The notes below the pieces were generated by a model. That model saw nothing but the letters and a program-made list of their open reading frames with translations. It searched no databases and was not told the origin of the DNA. This document shows positions 1 to 11,849 of a stretch of DNA of 64,000 nt, piece by piece; positions within the stretch are counted from its first letter, which is position 1; each line of letters opens with the position of its first letter. The translations under genes were made by a program, and so were the position numbers. This DNA is from Phoronis australis (Eukaryota > Animalia > Phoronida). Where the stretch lies: NCBI GenBank assembly GCA_002633005.1, contig NMRA01000299.1, forward strand, positions 248,001-312,000, in the 5' to 3' direction.

Positions 1-1142
1 AGCGTCGGTACTAAAATATATTAAAATATCCCCACGTTTCGAGCGATGCGCTTTTTGTCAAGGGCGTGCTAGACTGCTGAGTACATGTAAATAGATCTAA
101 AATAAAATGGCACAGGAGATGCGGATTTCTGTAGAGAAATTAGACTGTTGTCCACTAGGTTCCCTGATAGAGGTTATGAACCACGCTTGGTATCTGACAC
201 TCTATCCAAGGTACAATCTATTTCTAGGGAGGAACTCCTGGTCCCTAAGGACCAGATGAATAAGCAAGATAAGAACATGTTCATTCCATTTGTCTCTACC
301 TTTCTTCCCAGTGTGAATAGAACTCTGAATAGGATTTTTGATGAACTCAGTCCGCTGTTAGACAATGAGTACTTAACTAGGGTTTTCCCCTTGAGGCCCC
401 GTCTGGTCTATAGACATCCTCGCAATCTTAGGAATATGCTAGTTAAAGCAGGTTTACTAAGTTAAACATAGATCACCAAGAGGCTGGCTGTATTAGATGT
501 GACAAACCCAGGTGCCTGACCTGCACTCACATATCAGGGGAGTCAGTTGTAAGTCGCCATGGTGTCTCATATGAGATCAGAGACAAATTCTCATGCTCGA
601 GTGCGGGAATTGTTTATCTTATTAGATGTGGTAAATGTCCCCATGCGTGGTTTTTTAGGGAGACAGGTAACTCGTTATGCACGAGAATGAACGGCCACGG
701 GCAGACGATCCTTCACAATAATAGGGCAATCCCCATTGGGGAACATTTCAACCTCCCAGGCCATAGTACCAGTGACGTCGACGTACTGCTAGTCAAAGGC
801 GGGCTGTCTGACATTTACGCACGAAGAAAATGCGAGGCCGAATTCATCGCAAAATTTAACAATCATGCCAGAGGCCTAAACAGAGACAGGGGTTCTGTCT
901 CACTACAAATCTGTAGTGATAGACTCCAGTAGCTACATGTCTCTGTTTGAGTCTCTCTCTCATCATACGTAGGCCTACCCCACTGGTAGTTGCTGTGTCC
1001 TGTAGTGTTCATATTATGTGGTCTCCTGTGCCTTTTTATTTTAGATCCACCTAAATGTACTCAACAGTCTGTAGCACACCCTTGACAAAGAGTGCATTGC
1101 TCAAAACATGGGGATATTTTAATACATTTTAGTACCGATGCT
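1..1142 (+). mobile_element. 5'-truncated Penelope-like retroelement (GIY-YIG endonuclease end) with inverted terminal copy of its 3' pseudo-LTR
   Basis: 148-465 resembles the PLE post-RT region (RGY..FVSTF..YRHPRNLRNMLV). 483-932 reads CIRCDKPRCLTC..IVYLIRCGKC..FLGETGNSLCTRMNGH..IGEHFN (GIY-YIG with Zn-finger linker). 1-120 is the reverse complement of 1022-1142. Confidence 0.9.
30..64 (-). ncRNA. Minimal hammerhead-like motif in PLE terminal repeat (non-canonical core)
   Basis: Minus strand reads CCC-TTGACAA-AAAGCG CAT CGCT C-GAAAC-GT-GGGG. A degenerate copy lies at about 1079-1113 (+). Confidence 0.55.
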
Positions 1143-1341
1143 CGTCGTTTTAGTTTTACTAGACAAAAGTTTTACTATTCTATATTTTAAGAATTCCTGC
1201 AAGTTCTGTAGCCCATATTAGCCGGCCTTGAAGATGCCCTTGTCAGACATCTGCAAGACTGCTACGGTAACATCTGTTAGTTGAATTTATAACCATCAGA
1301 GCATGGGTTGCAATATTGCCATTGACCAAGAGCAGTGTGAC

Positions 1342-1429
1342 TTAGAATTTTAATTCATTAAACAAATCGGTAACTCTTGAATAAGTTTCCCCAAAATTAA
1401 TCCCACGAAATTTGATTGAACTCGGAATC
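1342..1429 (-). CDS. Candidate terminal exon of Roco-like gene
   Basis: TTTTTCCAG acceptor at 1431-1430. Two open frames (IPSSIKF..ELKF* or GFRVQSN..LMN*); phase link to the previous exon unresolved. Confidence 0.35.
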
Positions 1430-1899
1430 CTGGAAAAATTTGTGTCCAATGCAAAAAAAATTATTAGTAAAAAAATAGTCTCAATAAATACTGCAATAAT
1501 TTCAGACAATTTTCACATGGAAATGGCACTTTTGTGTAGAACAGAATAGAATAGAATGTGCTTCATTCCAGACTTACATTTGTCCCTAATAGCTATACAA
1601 TAATGAACTATCCTAACAGCTAAGAGAATAAAACTCTAGAAACCAAACATCTGAGAAAAAATAAGCTTAAGATAGCATGAATAAAATGAATAAAGTATAA
1701 AATGATTGAAATCAATACAAATGAATGCAGGATTCTAAACAAATATCATAGTGTAATCATCTCTCATGTGACAATGAATATCAATCAAAAGAGAATAAAA
1801 CAAACATTAGATGCTTTCAACTTTCTATGGACACCAAGAGTGTGTTTGCAAACTATATGAATTTATTAAAACAGTTTATATTTGTCCACATATAATTAC

Positions 1900-2101
1900 C
1901 AAAGTCGCCCGTGTCCAGCTGCAGAAGTGCAGTTATGGCTCCATATTCCAAAATGGCAGCTTTGACGTAGGTCATCACCACAATGGAGCGGAGATACGTG
2001 CCAACTCGAGACAAAATGGTTGTGGGCACACTGTGAGCTAACTTGTATGTAAACTTCACCTCTGTTTCATTCAAAGCAGGATTTACTGGCCAAAATTTTG
2101 T
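1900..2101 (-). CDS. Exon, COR-B-like (TKFWPVNP..FTYKLAHSVPTTILSRVG..AAILEYG)
   Basis: TTCCAG acceptor, GTAATT donor, open frame, phase 0 start matches the upstream exon. W..Y..P..+SR pattern typical of COR. Confidence 0.75.
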
Positions 2102-2612
2102 CTGGAAATTAATCAATATCAAAAATCCTTGTACAATAGAAACATTAACTTGCTAATATGTATACTTGAAGGCCTGTTCTAAGTCCATTCTAAGGCTTCA
2201 AAAACAAATCATTAAAAAGTTAAATTCTGACTCGGACAGATTTACGCAGCAAACACACAACACTAAGGTAACTCTTTTGCCCAGTCCACATAACTCTGTT
2301 CTCATGTTTTGAAAATAAAAAAATAACCACTCTCTTCTGTCCACGTATCTACTGAATTCGAAAACCACTGAAAAAAAAAAAACTTTTTGAAAATGCAAAT
2401 ATACGAACACATTTTGTTTAAGGATACAACTTCTGTTCACAAGAAAGTATCTACTGAATTCGACAATGAAAAATCCAAACTTCTGAAAATGCTCTACAGA
2501 GTGGGATTTGTAATCTTTTCTTTTACACATATAGCTTCTACCCACGAACAAAAATGCACATTAGTGGAATCGCTGACACGTTGGTTCTACTAGTATATGT
2601 CTGTGAACTGAC

Positions 2613-3460
2613 AACAAGAGCAATGCAGAGCGTTGAAAATGTGCCCACGAATGCACCGCAAATGAAGTGCTTCAGAATCTAGAGTTGTTCATTTCTATCA
2701 TAAAAATGGCCACTAGATGGTGCAAAACGTCCGATCCATCTGACAACGGTACATGCCGTCGCTTCTTTAATAGAACGTTATTCACCAAATTTCATAAAAA
2801 TCTGTCAACGAACTTCTGAGAAACAAAGGAAAGCGGAAAAAATGAAATTCCCACTAGAGGACACTTCGTCTGCCTCAAAGTCGTCGTCTATTGTTAGCTT
2901 CATATAAAATACACTTACTAAATTAAATAAAGATCCTGCAGTGGGTTCAGGAGATATAGCTATGGCCTCAAAACAAAACAAAACCACCACTACAAGGTGC
3001 CACAGTAACTGAAGTTGTCAGCGTAACCATCCTCTTCACACCGAGTACACGCCAATTTTCCAAATCATCCTTAGAATGGTTTGGTTGATAGAGGGGTGGA
3101 CTCGAAAACAGTAAACATGACAAAAAGGTGGCACAAAATACCTCGAATTCATATGAAAATGGGAGGATAGCGTAACCGCAACAATACATGCCTATATTCC
3201 AAACTTTATGAAACTCCGTTGACGACCTTTGAATATACAGAGGTAAACAAAAAAAACTAAAATTGCAACTAGGGGGGACACCGGTAGTTAGAGAGGTCCG
3301 AAATTCCTCGTCATCTGTTGTCAGCTTCATAGGAACACAACTGCCAACTCTCATCAAGATCCTGTTAGGGGTTTAGGAGATACAGCTGCGGACGCTGGAC
3401 GCCCGGACAGACAGATGACGGCAATATGTGACCACATATAAATATATAGGCGCATAAAAA
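2613..3460 (+). mobile_element. Helentron/HINE-like non-autonomous element with internal ~150-bp tandem subunits
   Basis: Starts AACAAGAGCAATGCAGAGCG. Ends with GGAC microsatellite plus a degenerate terminal hairpin (..GGCGCATAAAAA). Same ends at 19001, 44820 and 58069. Confidence 0.7.
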
Positions 3461-3836
3461 CGCAACTTCTTCACAATTCTGACATTACCTTTGTACGACC
3501 ACATTTGTGAGGATGGAAAACTTTGAATCCATTTTACATTGTATTGGCATATTCGTGTGGGTGGAGAATTTAACAAAGGTCATACAAAAAAACAGAGAAC
3601 TTGTGTTCAAAACATGAAACAAAAGTTACATTTTCACATGAGTTATGTGGACAGAGCCTTAGAGACGGCACTAAAACATTTAAAAATAGCCAAAACCATT
3701 TTTCAGGATCTGGGTGTAACTTTCATGAAACACCATGAAAAATTGGAATGCTTACCATAGCGATAAAACTCAATGGTACCCAGTAAAGTCTTTTAGAGGT
3801 CAAATAGTTGAATTTCGTATCTAGTATGTAGCTAAC

Positions 3837-4355
3837 TTTTACATTCAAACTAATGAAAGTATGGAAAGCTAGGAAACTCTCGCTGAAAACAAAATTGAGA
3901 TTGTTCAACTCAAACGTGAAATCAGTACTGTTATATGGATCAGAGACCTGGACAAACACAAAAACAAACTTCAAGAGACTGAAAACTTTTGTCAATTCAT
4001 GCCCGAGAAAAAATTTGAGGATACAGTGACCAGAAAAGATAAGAAATGAAGAATTGTGGGAATGAACAGGACAGACACCAGTGGAAGAGGAGACCGGCCA
4101 AAGGAAATGGCGCTGGATTGGACATACACTAAGAAGACCAACAAGTAGCACTTCCAGACACGCATTAAAGTGGAACCCACAGGGTAAACGAAATAGAGGC
4201 AGACCACGAATGACCTGGAGAAGATGCATCATCGATGACATGGAGAGGTTAGGATACTCGTGGAGACAGCTAGAAAGATTCGCCCAGCACAGAGCAGAAT
4301 GGAAATCTCTGATTCGTGGCCTATACCCTGGTAGGGGTGACGGGCACTGATGATG
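3837..4355 (+). mobile_element. 5'-truncated RTE-clade non-LTR retrotransposon
   Basis: KVWKARKLSLKTKLRLFNSNVKSVLLYGSETW..RKWRWIGHTLRR..WNPQGKRNRGRPR. (TGA)n tail. 11-bp TSD ATGTAGCTAAC at 3826-3836 and 4356-4366. Confidence 0.92.
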
Positions 4356-4500
4356 ATGTAGCTAACCCATTACAAACAATACAAATGAAGTCATGGCAAC
4401 AGTATTTAAGGTCACGTCACATGTACGTAAAGACTGAAGCATTATACTTGTTTAAAATTAAAATTTAGAAAGTGACTGACTTCTGATTCAAGTAACTTAC

Positions 4501-4596
4501 CAATGGGTGGTTGGAAATAGGCATTTTGGAGCCAGAAAGTCCCAGAGAGGAGTTAAAGTTGATAAGTCCTAACTGGTACATTATATCTCTTATTGC
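4501..4596 (-). CDS. Exon, COR-like (AIRDIMYQLGLINF..MPISNHPL)
   Basis: CTTTTCCAG acceptor, GTAAGT donor, 96 nt, phase 0-0. Confidence 0.8.
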
Positions 4597-5628
4597 CTGG
4601 AAAAGACAGCATTTAGATTACAAACATATTATGTGGGTCTAGCGAATACAAAAGTGGTCTTGCCTTGTTCATCTACAATGCAGTAATTGTGATTCAAACA
4701 TCCCTCTGCAACACTGTTTGGTATTGTGAAACAAAAGCAAAGCACGGCCTTGACAAGTTTCCAAAAAGAGCATTGTTTTCAAATTGGAACATTTTGATGC
4801 ATTAGTCATAAACACCAGCGAACCTACAATGGGTATATAGGTAGCAGTGCCAGTCATCCAAAAATTAGCAAATGGCATCCCGGTAAATACGATCCCATAA
4901 AAAAACTCCAGGAGCAATGTGGAATATTGATAGGGAGGTGGACGACAAAGAACAGACACAAAAACAAGAAAATGGCCACTTAAGAGGTGCAATATAGGTC
5001 ATGTCTGTATGAAACACGTCAGATGCTGTCGTCTAGTACGTTAAAACAACTAATTTCCCATATTTCATTCACAGAACTTGACACAAATCAAGGCAAGTGC
5101 AAAGAAAAACAATATTGTCTCCAAGGTACTCCACAGTAGTCGAATTTGTCTCAAAATCCACATTGCTTGACTGTACTTTTCTCAATAAAAATGCATACAC
5201 ATTTCATGAAGATCCATGAAGGAACTTGGTAGAAATTGAGCCACAGGGAAATAGCAAATTTCCCACCAGAAGATGCTACAAGTCCAAAAGTCATTGTCAG
5301 ACATGCACTTCACAGACAGAACACAATGCATAACAATGATCCTTGTGAGATGGACAACAGCCACTGGGTGGTGCAGAATACACCAGATTAATCCAAAAAT
5401 GGAAAAGCAATGTCGTCTCCTTCATAGATACTTATATGTCAAATCTATCAAGGAAATCTGAAGATACAAAAAAAAAAACTAAAATTGCATCTAGGAGGAT
5501 GCAGCAGTTGTCGCATCCGTTCAAAATGTCTTCGTCATCCAGCTGAACGGACATCTGGGAAGAGATGACGACAATAAACGACAACATATTACACATATTT
5601 GAGCATCTAAAAAATGTACAGTTCATAC

Positions 5629-5754
5629 CGAAGTCTGGTCATCTATGCTTGCACTATCTGGGCTGGAGATCAATGTGTTAACAGACTTGACAAACTCTGC
5701 AACGCCATCAACAAAATACCAATTATCACGGGAGCGATAGTTAAGGCAGTCCCC
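5629..5754 (-). CDS. Exon, COR-A-like (GDCLNYRSRDNWYFVDGVAEFVKSV..)
   Basis: CCTTTTCTTTTCAG acceptor, GTATGA donor, 126 nt, phase 0-0. Confidence 0.8.
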
Positions 5755-5798
5755 CTGAAAAGAAAAGGAAACAATATAATTGCAATAAAGAGGTTTAA

Positions 5799-6680
5799 GG
5801 TAACTGTGAGTCAAGTTTGTTTACTAGGTTGTTCTAATGTGAAAATATATTGAATTCTGTTCACTCTAACCTCTACAAAATACATATTTTCTGAAAGGTG
5901 AATAAATTTCCCAAAAAAATTTATTGCTCTTAATATTTACTTTAATGTCTTTATTTTATCACAAAATATACTTTTTGGTAAAAAAAATTTGACTTAGAAC
6001 AGATAAAAATAAATTTAAAATAATGTTCCTCTAATCTCATTGGTCTTTTGTCAACACGCTGATAATGGGGAACCGTGTCTCAGATTTCAGAACAATATTT
6101 TCAAAATCTCTGTTCAAAGTTACTTTTTTTCCAAAATGCATATTCGTGAAAAAATTAAGACAAGTAAATTGTAATAAATTTTGTTAGGAAAAATTTATTC
6201 ACCTTTCAGAACATTTAGTTAAAAACACGAATAGACTGTTTGCTAGCAAGCTTGATAGTGGTACGTTCGTAGTTTTGTTGCATTCCCACTCTCTTCTTGT
6301 ATGCCCCTGTTCCCCGTCACGTGTATTTCACTGTTTAGTTCGCTACATTTATGTTCATTCCACTTATTGCTTCATGATGAGACATGCAGTCTCGCAATAT
6401 AGCTAGTGTTTTAATTTGTTTGTTTTGTTGTGTCTCTTAGTGTTTTACTATATAGCTGCACACCTGAAGAAAGGAGACTGCTCCGAAACTACAAGCGTAC
6501 CAGTATCAAGCTTTCAAACAAAAAGTCTAGTCGTGTTTTTAACAAAGGTTTGTGTAAACGAAGGGCTGCAACCAAACTATACTTCTTTCAGAAAATACAT
6601 ACTTTGTAGGGGAAAGAGGTAACAGCATTTTAGATATTTGCACGTTAAGTACAACTTGGTAAACAAGGTTCACAGTTAAC
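5799..6680. mobile_element. MITE with long imperfect TIRs, interrupted by a PLE-derived insert
   Basis: 5799-5925 is inversely repeated in two pieces (6170-6211 and 6585-6680). Left end follows TTAA. Confidence 0.6.
6212..6584 (+). mobile_element. Short Penelope-like remnant with inverted ends and hammerhead motif
   Basis: 6218-6275 is inverted relative to 6485-6543. CTGAAGA-AAGGAG ACTG CTCC-GAAAC at 6464-6489. CTTTCAGAA is duplicated at 6203-6211 and 6585-6593. Confidence 0.65.
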
Positions 6681-6970
6681 ATAAGTATCCTGAGTGGTGG
6701 TTAAAGACCTGTTGCGTTTGCTCTCTTGAAGTGTAAAATACTTAAATTATATGGACGCCAGGAGTGAATTAAAACAAAACAACAAACCATGGAGTCTGCT
6801 TCATTCTGTTTGGCCATGTAACATGAACTAAAATGCTAATTTTCTAAAGAGTAACACAATCTACAAAAAATGAGAGCACAATGACAACAAAAATTTTATG
6901 GGTATTCTTCTATTTAAAACATGACATCCGCCTGTCAAAGTTAACTTTCAATTTTGGCCACCAACCATAC

Positions 6971-7237
6971 AAGACTGGTCTTACTTTGTTCCTTCCAGAT
7001 AAGAAGTGATTTCTGAACTTGGGGAAAATTGGCACATAAAATGATTTCACGGGTCAAGGCAACTTGTTGACCAAAACGCCAAGAACAGCTTTTTGTCAGA
7101 AGGTAGGTTAGTGGCTGCTTAACACTCAACATGTTGGACCAGCTCAACTTTCTTTTGTCAAAATATTCACAATATATTAAGTACAATAAGTTGGGTGTCC
7201 ACATGCAGAGTGACATACTTAATGTGCACATATCATG
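6971..7237 (-). CDS. Exon, Roc-like post-G3 region (HDMCTLSMSLCMWTPNLLYLIYCEYFD..LSWSNMLSVKQP..)
   Basis: TTTTATAG acceptor; 267-nt open frame. GTATGG donor gives a phase-0 join to GDCLNY (alternative donor at 6984). Confidence 0.65.
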
Positions 7238-7250
7238 CTATAAAATTTAA

Positions 7251-8217
7251 AAGGAAACTGTATTTTATTCTGAGAAGATTTTGCATAGTTTTGTGTGATT
7301 TGTTGGTTACTTTCACTAAATTCAACAGCAAAAAGTAAACTGATATCTTTTAATGAAACTCAAAAAATTGGTTCAGAGTTCCACAATCACCTGCTTGAAG
7401 TGCTGCCTCTTGTGACGTATTTGTCGGGGGTAAAGTCAGTATGCTATTTCAGCGCGGCATTGTTCAAATTGTCAGAATAAGAAACTTTAGTGTGAAATGT
7501 CCGGTCACCACTCGCCATTTCCTAAAATTTTGCTATGTCTTTCGAGAGATAACAGCTCCACAGCTGCAAGGTTTGCTTTAAAATTCGGTTTGAAACTTAT
7601 AACACAACGAACAAGTTCCGATAATTTGTAGTGACATATATCCAGCCTCGTTCCAGCAGCGAAAAACACTGCTAATAAAAGAATCTGGGGGAAGAAACTG
7701 GTCATGGTCAGGTGACGTTATCGCTGAAAGCCGACTCAAAAGAACCCATCACAATTTTAATGATGCTATATTTTCCAACACCAGTAATTAAGTTAGTTTA
7801 GTCAAAGAAGAGAGTAGTTTTGTCCAATTCTTTACCCATACCGAGCCACCAACGATGGTTAGGGCAACCAATGATATGCAATGTTGAAGACACCTTTTTT
7901 GAAGAGTTCGAACAACCAGGAGCCATATAAAAAGGCATGGCAAAATTTCTACAGCACTTTGGCAAACAGAAACAAATAAGGACAGCTGATATTATGGTAA
8001 AACACGATGTAAACTCTTCACAAATTGTGATAACCAGTCGAGGCTCCACTCCACTAACCACGTCACTGACATATCAGCCAATCAGCGATCGCTGTCAGAT
8101 TTCAGCCTTTTGACAATAAATATTCAGCTTTTATTAAGCGCACAACTCAGGCAAATGTGAGTTTTCTTTGAATGTTAGGATGGATTAACAGCCGATTATT
8201 TTTACTACAGTTCCCTT
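7251..8217. mobile_element. Kolobok-like non-autonomous DNA transposon with THAP-like remnant
   Basis: TTAA|AAGGAAACTGTA ... TACAGTTCCCTT|TTAA. Minus-strand MPFYMAPGCSNSSKK resembles a THAP start. Confidence 0.65.
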
Positions 8218-8291
8218 TTAAAGGAGAAATCAAGCATATTTTATGAGACCTTTTATAAAAACCCACAAATCCCAAGTTATCCTGGAAATAC

Positions 8292-8380
8292 CTGACCTAC
8301 ATTTACAGCCAAACGAACAATAGAATGTGACACAAATGGCCCAACAAAGCCCCTCCACCCACCTCCTGGTTCTGTATTCA
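8292..8380 (-). CDS. Exon (NTEPGGGWRGFVGPFVSHSIVRLAVNVGQ)
   Basis: CAG|GTATTT donor, phase 1-0; acceptor at 8380 or 8371. Confidence 0.6.
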
Positions 8381-8719
8381 CTAATTAAGAACTAATAAAT
8401 GTGGTACTCCCTCTTGAACACAGCCTGCAGGTCATTTCCTGCTTGGTTAGTGACATTAAATGCCCCTATCAAGATACAGTCACCTTGTCAGTCATTCATG
8501 CCAATTCTATCTATGGTTCGATGGATAGTAGATACTTGCCAAGAGAACAATTCAATTAATACGAAAAACTCAACCAGATAACAAGGGATCTGTATTATTA
8601 TTATTATTAACAGAAACATAAAAAGTGATGCTTTCCCTTCAAGATTGAAAAATTTTGGCACTTAGTTGACTGACATGCTCATAACTTGAGAAAGGTTTAC
8701 AACACTTCAATATACAAAC

Positions 8720-8794
8720 CATCATGTGAAGAGCATCCATTCGGACAACCATGTTTTTGTGCATAAGCGATGGATTGTTTTTTGACTCGTAAAT
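8720..8794 (-). CDS. Exon (LRVKKQSIAYAQKHGCPNGCSSHD)
   Basis: CTCTTTTCAG acceptor, GTTTGT donor, phase 1-1. Confidence 0.65.
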
Positions 8795-9748
8795 CTGAAA
8801 AGAGTAAAGGGCAGTAAAGTACTAGTGACAACAAAAAAAACACACGGAAACACAAAAGAAGCAAAAACAATCGTGGAAAAAATCCACAGACTGAGACATT
8901 CTCCAAAACGTGGAACACTGAAATTCAAGTTAAAATTGAATTTTCTCGATTCCAAAGATTGGGATCTTGGCGATTTTGATATTCATTATATCGGACAGTG
9001 TGATATATATCAAAACAGTCAGGAAATACACATGGCAGTTCAAAAAATCATCAAAACTAGCTACCAATGCACCGTTAAATCATAGTTTGTAATAATACCT
9101 CAAGTGAATATTGTCATAATCGTAGTTCATGATATAGTAAAAGCAAATATTGCCTATTTCTAATAATTGGTACAAGCTCAAAATGTTTCTTTTGGCATCT
9201 CACTGCTTTTGTCAAGGATTACTACAACAATCGAAAATACATAGCCAGTAAAAAGTGTCAGCAATCAAAGGAACCACCATGGAAGCTTTAGCTTATTACA
9301 TTGCTTCATAAACTTTGGCAAGAAAGTGGGCTATGATGTGATGATGTGTTCTACACCTGAACACTTAGGTTGACACCAGGTCGTTAATTGCGACTTTGCA
9401 AAAATCGCCAGTCACTAAACAAAATCTGGGGAGGCAAAAACCGATGTCAAGATTGGCAATTAAAAAGATCATGTTGTCTCAAATGTTTACCCATAACTCT
9501 TCCATTTTCTCCCCATAATATGAATACACCATTCAATTCAGACAATCGCAAACACTGGAGGCTCGTGTTTTATGGGTCAGTCTAACCTGACTTTTTGTTG
9601 ACTTATTTCCACTTCTGTTTGTTTACTTTCGTTAGTAATTTAACCGCATGTTTGATGTGTGCTGACAGCTGAAGGTGGCAAATGCACTGATTTCATGACA
9701 TAGTGAACCAAATGTACTGAATCTAGGAAAACTGTTGGTAGTTTAAAC

Positions 9749-9879
9749 CTTCAGAGACACCACAAATTTTGAAAGAAATTTCAGGAGAATTACTGTCAGA
9801 CTTTGATACTCGTGGTAGCGCAGTGTGACGGCTGCAGTTTCTTCCCAGGTCGCCAAACACAAAGCTGCATTTTAGTGAC
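9749..9879 (-). CDS. Candidate exon (SLKCSFVFGDLGRNCSRH..ICGVSE)
   Basis: Open frame. G|GTTTAA donor in phase 1 fits the next exon. Acceptor uncertain (9879 or 9909). Confidence 0.45.
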
Positions 9880-10141
9880 CTGCAGGTCACCAAATAAAGC
9901 ATTGGTGAACCTGAGTTCCAAAGCATACAGTAAAATCTCACTAATTTTGGATACAAATAAATGTCAAAATGACTCATTCTTGACTATACAAGACAGTGCT
10001 TCTAACATTGTTATGAATGGTCACAGTTTTTGAAAACATCGTTTGAGGGTAGCCATGGCATAAAACTTGAACATGGAAAAGATAAAATAACATTTCACTT
10101 GTCAGCCCTATTGTGTCCTAGCTAAATGGGTAAGTATGCAC

Positions 10142-10220
10142 ATTTATTTATTTATTTATTATTGTGATATTTAAAATGAGGGTGGCCTCTTCAGTGATAG
10201 CACTGCTTTCCAAGAGGGCA
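10142..10220 (-). mobile_element. LINE (L2/CR1-like) 3' tail fragment
   Basis: Near-identical reverse complement of 33690-33766, ending in (TAAA)n. Confidence 0.55.
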
Positions 10221-11244
10221 CCTGTGCTGGCACCTGTGGGGAGAGAAGGCATCAAACTACAAAATGGACAGATACCCCTGCAGCAACGGCAATCAGCTCA
10301 TACATTAGTGAGGTTTTAAAAGCATCGTTCCAGGTCTGTGTTTTAATGTGCCTAGGGATTACTTAAACCTGTCAGAAAAGTGTGCCATTATGAAAAAAGA
10401 AAATGGGCAGCTTTGTGCTAATTGAATATAGCACTGAGGCACGCCACATTATCCTGGTTGCTAATGTAACACATAACTAACACCTGATAACTGCCTAAAA
10501 CCCGCAAAAATTCAAGATTATTTTCCATAGACACAAAGAGTACTCCTGCTGAATCCATACTGTTGTTTTATCATAAAAATTACAGACTTATTGATTGGAA
10601 GTAATTTTTAATTTTTTAACTTTGTCTAGTTAGCTGATTTTCTGCAAACAAGGAGCATGTTCGGAAAAAGCATTTTTGGAGCAAAACATCAAATTCAAAT
10701 GTATGCCAGAGCTATACAAAATATACACCAGATCATGTGTTGAACAGTGTCAAATATACGCAAGAGAGCGTCAATACAGCACTCACCCTCTAAATGTGCA
10801 AATTGCAGGACTGCACCTCCAATAATATACTACCATTTTCAGGAGCCTTTTTGTGAACAAGATTTCTTCCAAATGAAAATTTTATAATGTAGAGGAATCC
10901 ACTGCGATTATTTTTTAGTAAGTTAATCAAAATGTAAACCTTTGATCGGGACATGTGCTAAGCGTATTGTCAGAAATTCTTCCTGTAGACTAGCTCATCC
11001 ACAAACATGCTTCATAATTGACACGTGTTCATAAATTCACAATAGAAGTAAACTACATTAAAAGTGACCCAATATTTAATTCTGTACTGCCAGCTTTGTT
11101 CCATCCTCCATTATAAAAGCAGCTGAACAAACCGCAGTAGTTTCAGAAGCTTTTTCTAATTTGTAAATAAGATGATGAATGAAAGAACAATTACGTTTAC
11201 ATTATTTACACATACCAAACTTGTTGACATCATTAACTTCATAC

Positions 11245-11421
11245 CTTCTCATACTTAAGACCCAATTCTTTGTAAACATGCTTGATAGATTTACTGTCTG
11301 AGAACTCTAGCGTCTTTTTGTAGTCCTTCATTCGATTGGCCAAGGCCTCAAAGGACACAGACTTTTCCAGGAACTCCTTGCTGCATTTGTTCAATGCTTC
11401 CATCAAACCCTGTTGGGAGGA
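11245..11421 (-). CDS. Exon, Roc C-terminal helix/COR-A start (SSQQGLMEALNKCSKEFLEK..LGLKYEK)
   Basis: TTTTTATTATAG acceptor, AAG|GTATGA donor, 177 nt open in phase 0. Confidence 0.75.
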
Positions 11422-11849
11422 CTATAATAAAAACACATGAAAGTAAGTTTTGTACAACAGAAATTCTAACTTAATTTTGTTTCCAAGTACAGAATAAACT
11501 GATTTGAATTGACTTCTTGCCAGTCAGTAAGTACAAACAAAGTACTAACTATAAAGCAAATGCAAGGGACCCTCAGTCTCAGGATGCATGATTTGTAACC
11601 AAACAAACATAATTTCACACTGTAATGTGTGATATTAAGCTTGATTAACCAACTTTCAGGAACTTACGTAAAGTATAAAGAAAGCCTAAACTGTCACCAG
11701 GATACACGACATGACCCAAAACCAATGTCACCTGTACTTTTGAGGATCTATAGTACAGACACAGACAATTGTCACTAGGAGTGCCACAGACGTGTGACCC
11801 ATAACAAAATAAACAATCAGATTTTCTCATTTTAATAAGAACAAAAACA

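Noticed and set aside
1578-1650. Candidate exon with strong GTAAGT donor
   Set aside because: The 73-nt version has stops in all frames; the 42-nt version creates TGA at the junction with 1429. Unresolved, so not called.
3723-4241. 172-aa minus-strand ORF
   Set aside because: Antisense to the RTE fragment; no independent protein signature.
9178-9220. Hammerhead-like TTGACAA..GAAAC on minus strand
   Set aside because: Stem II and stem I pairing are poor and there is no adjacent PLE coding remnant.
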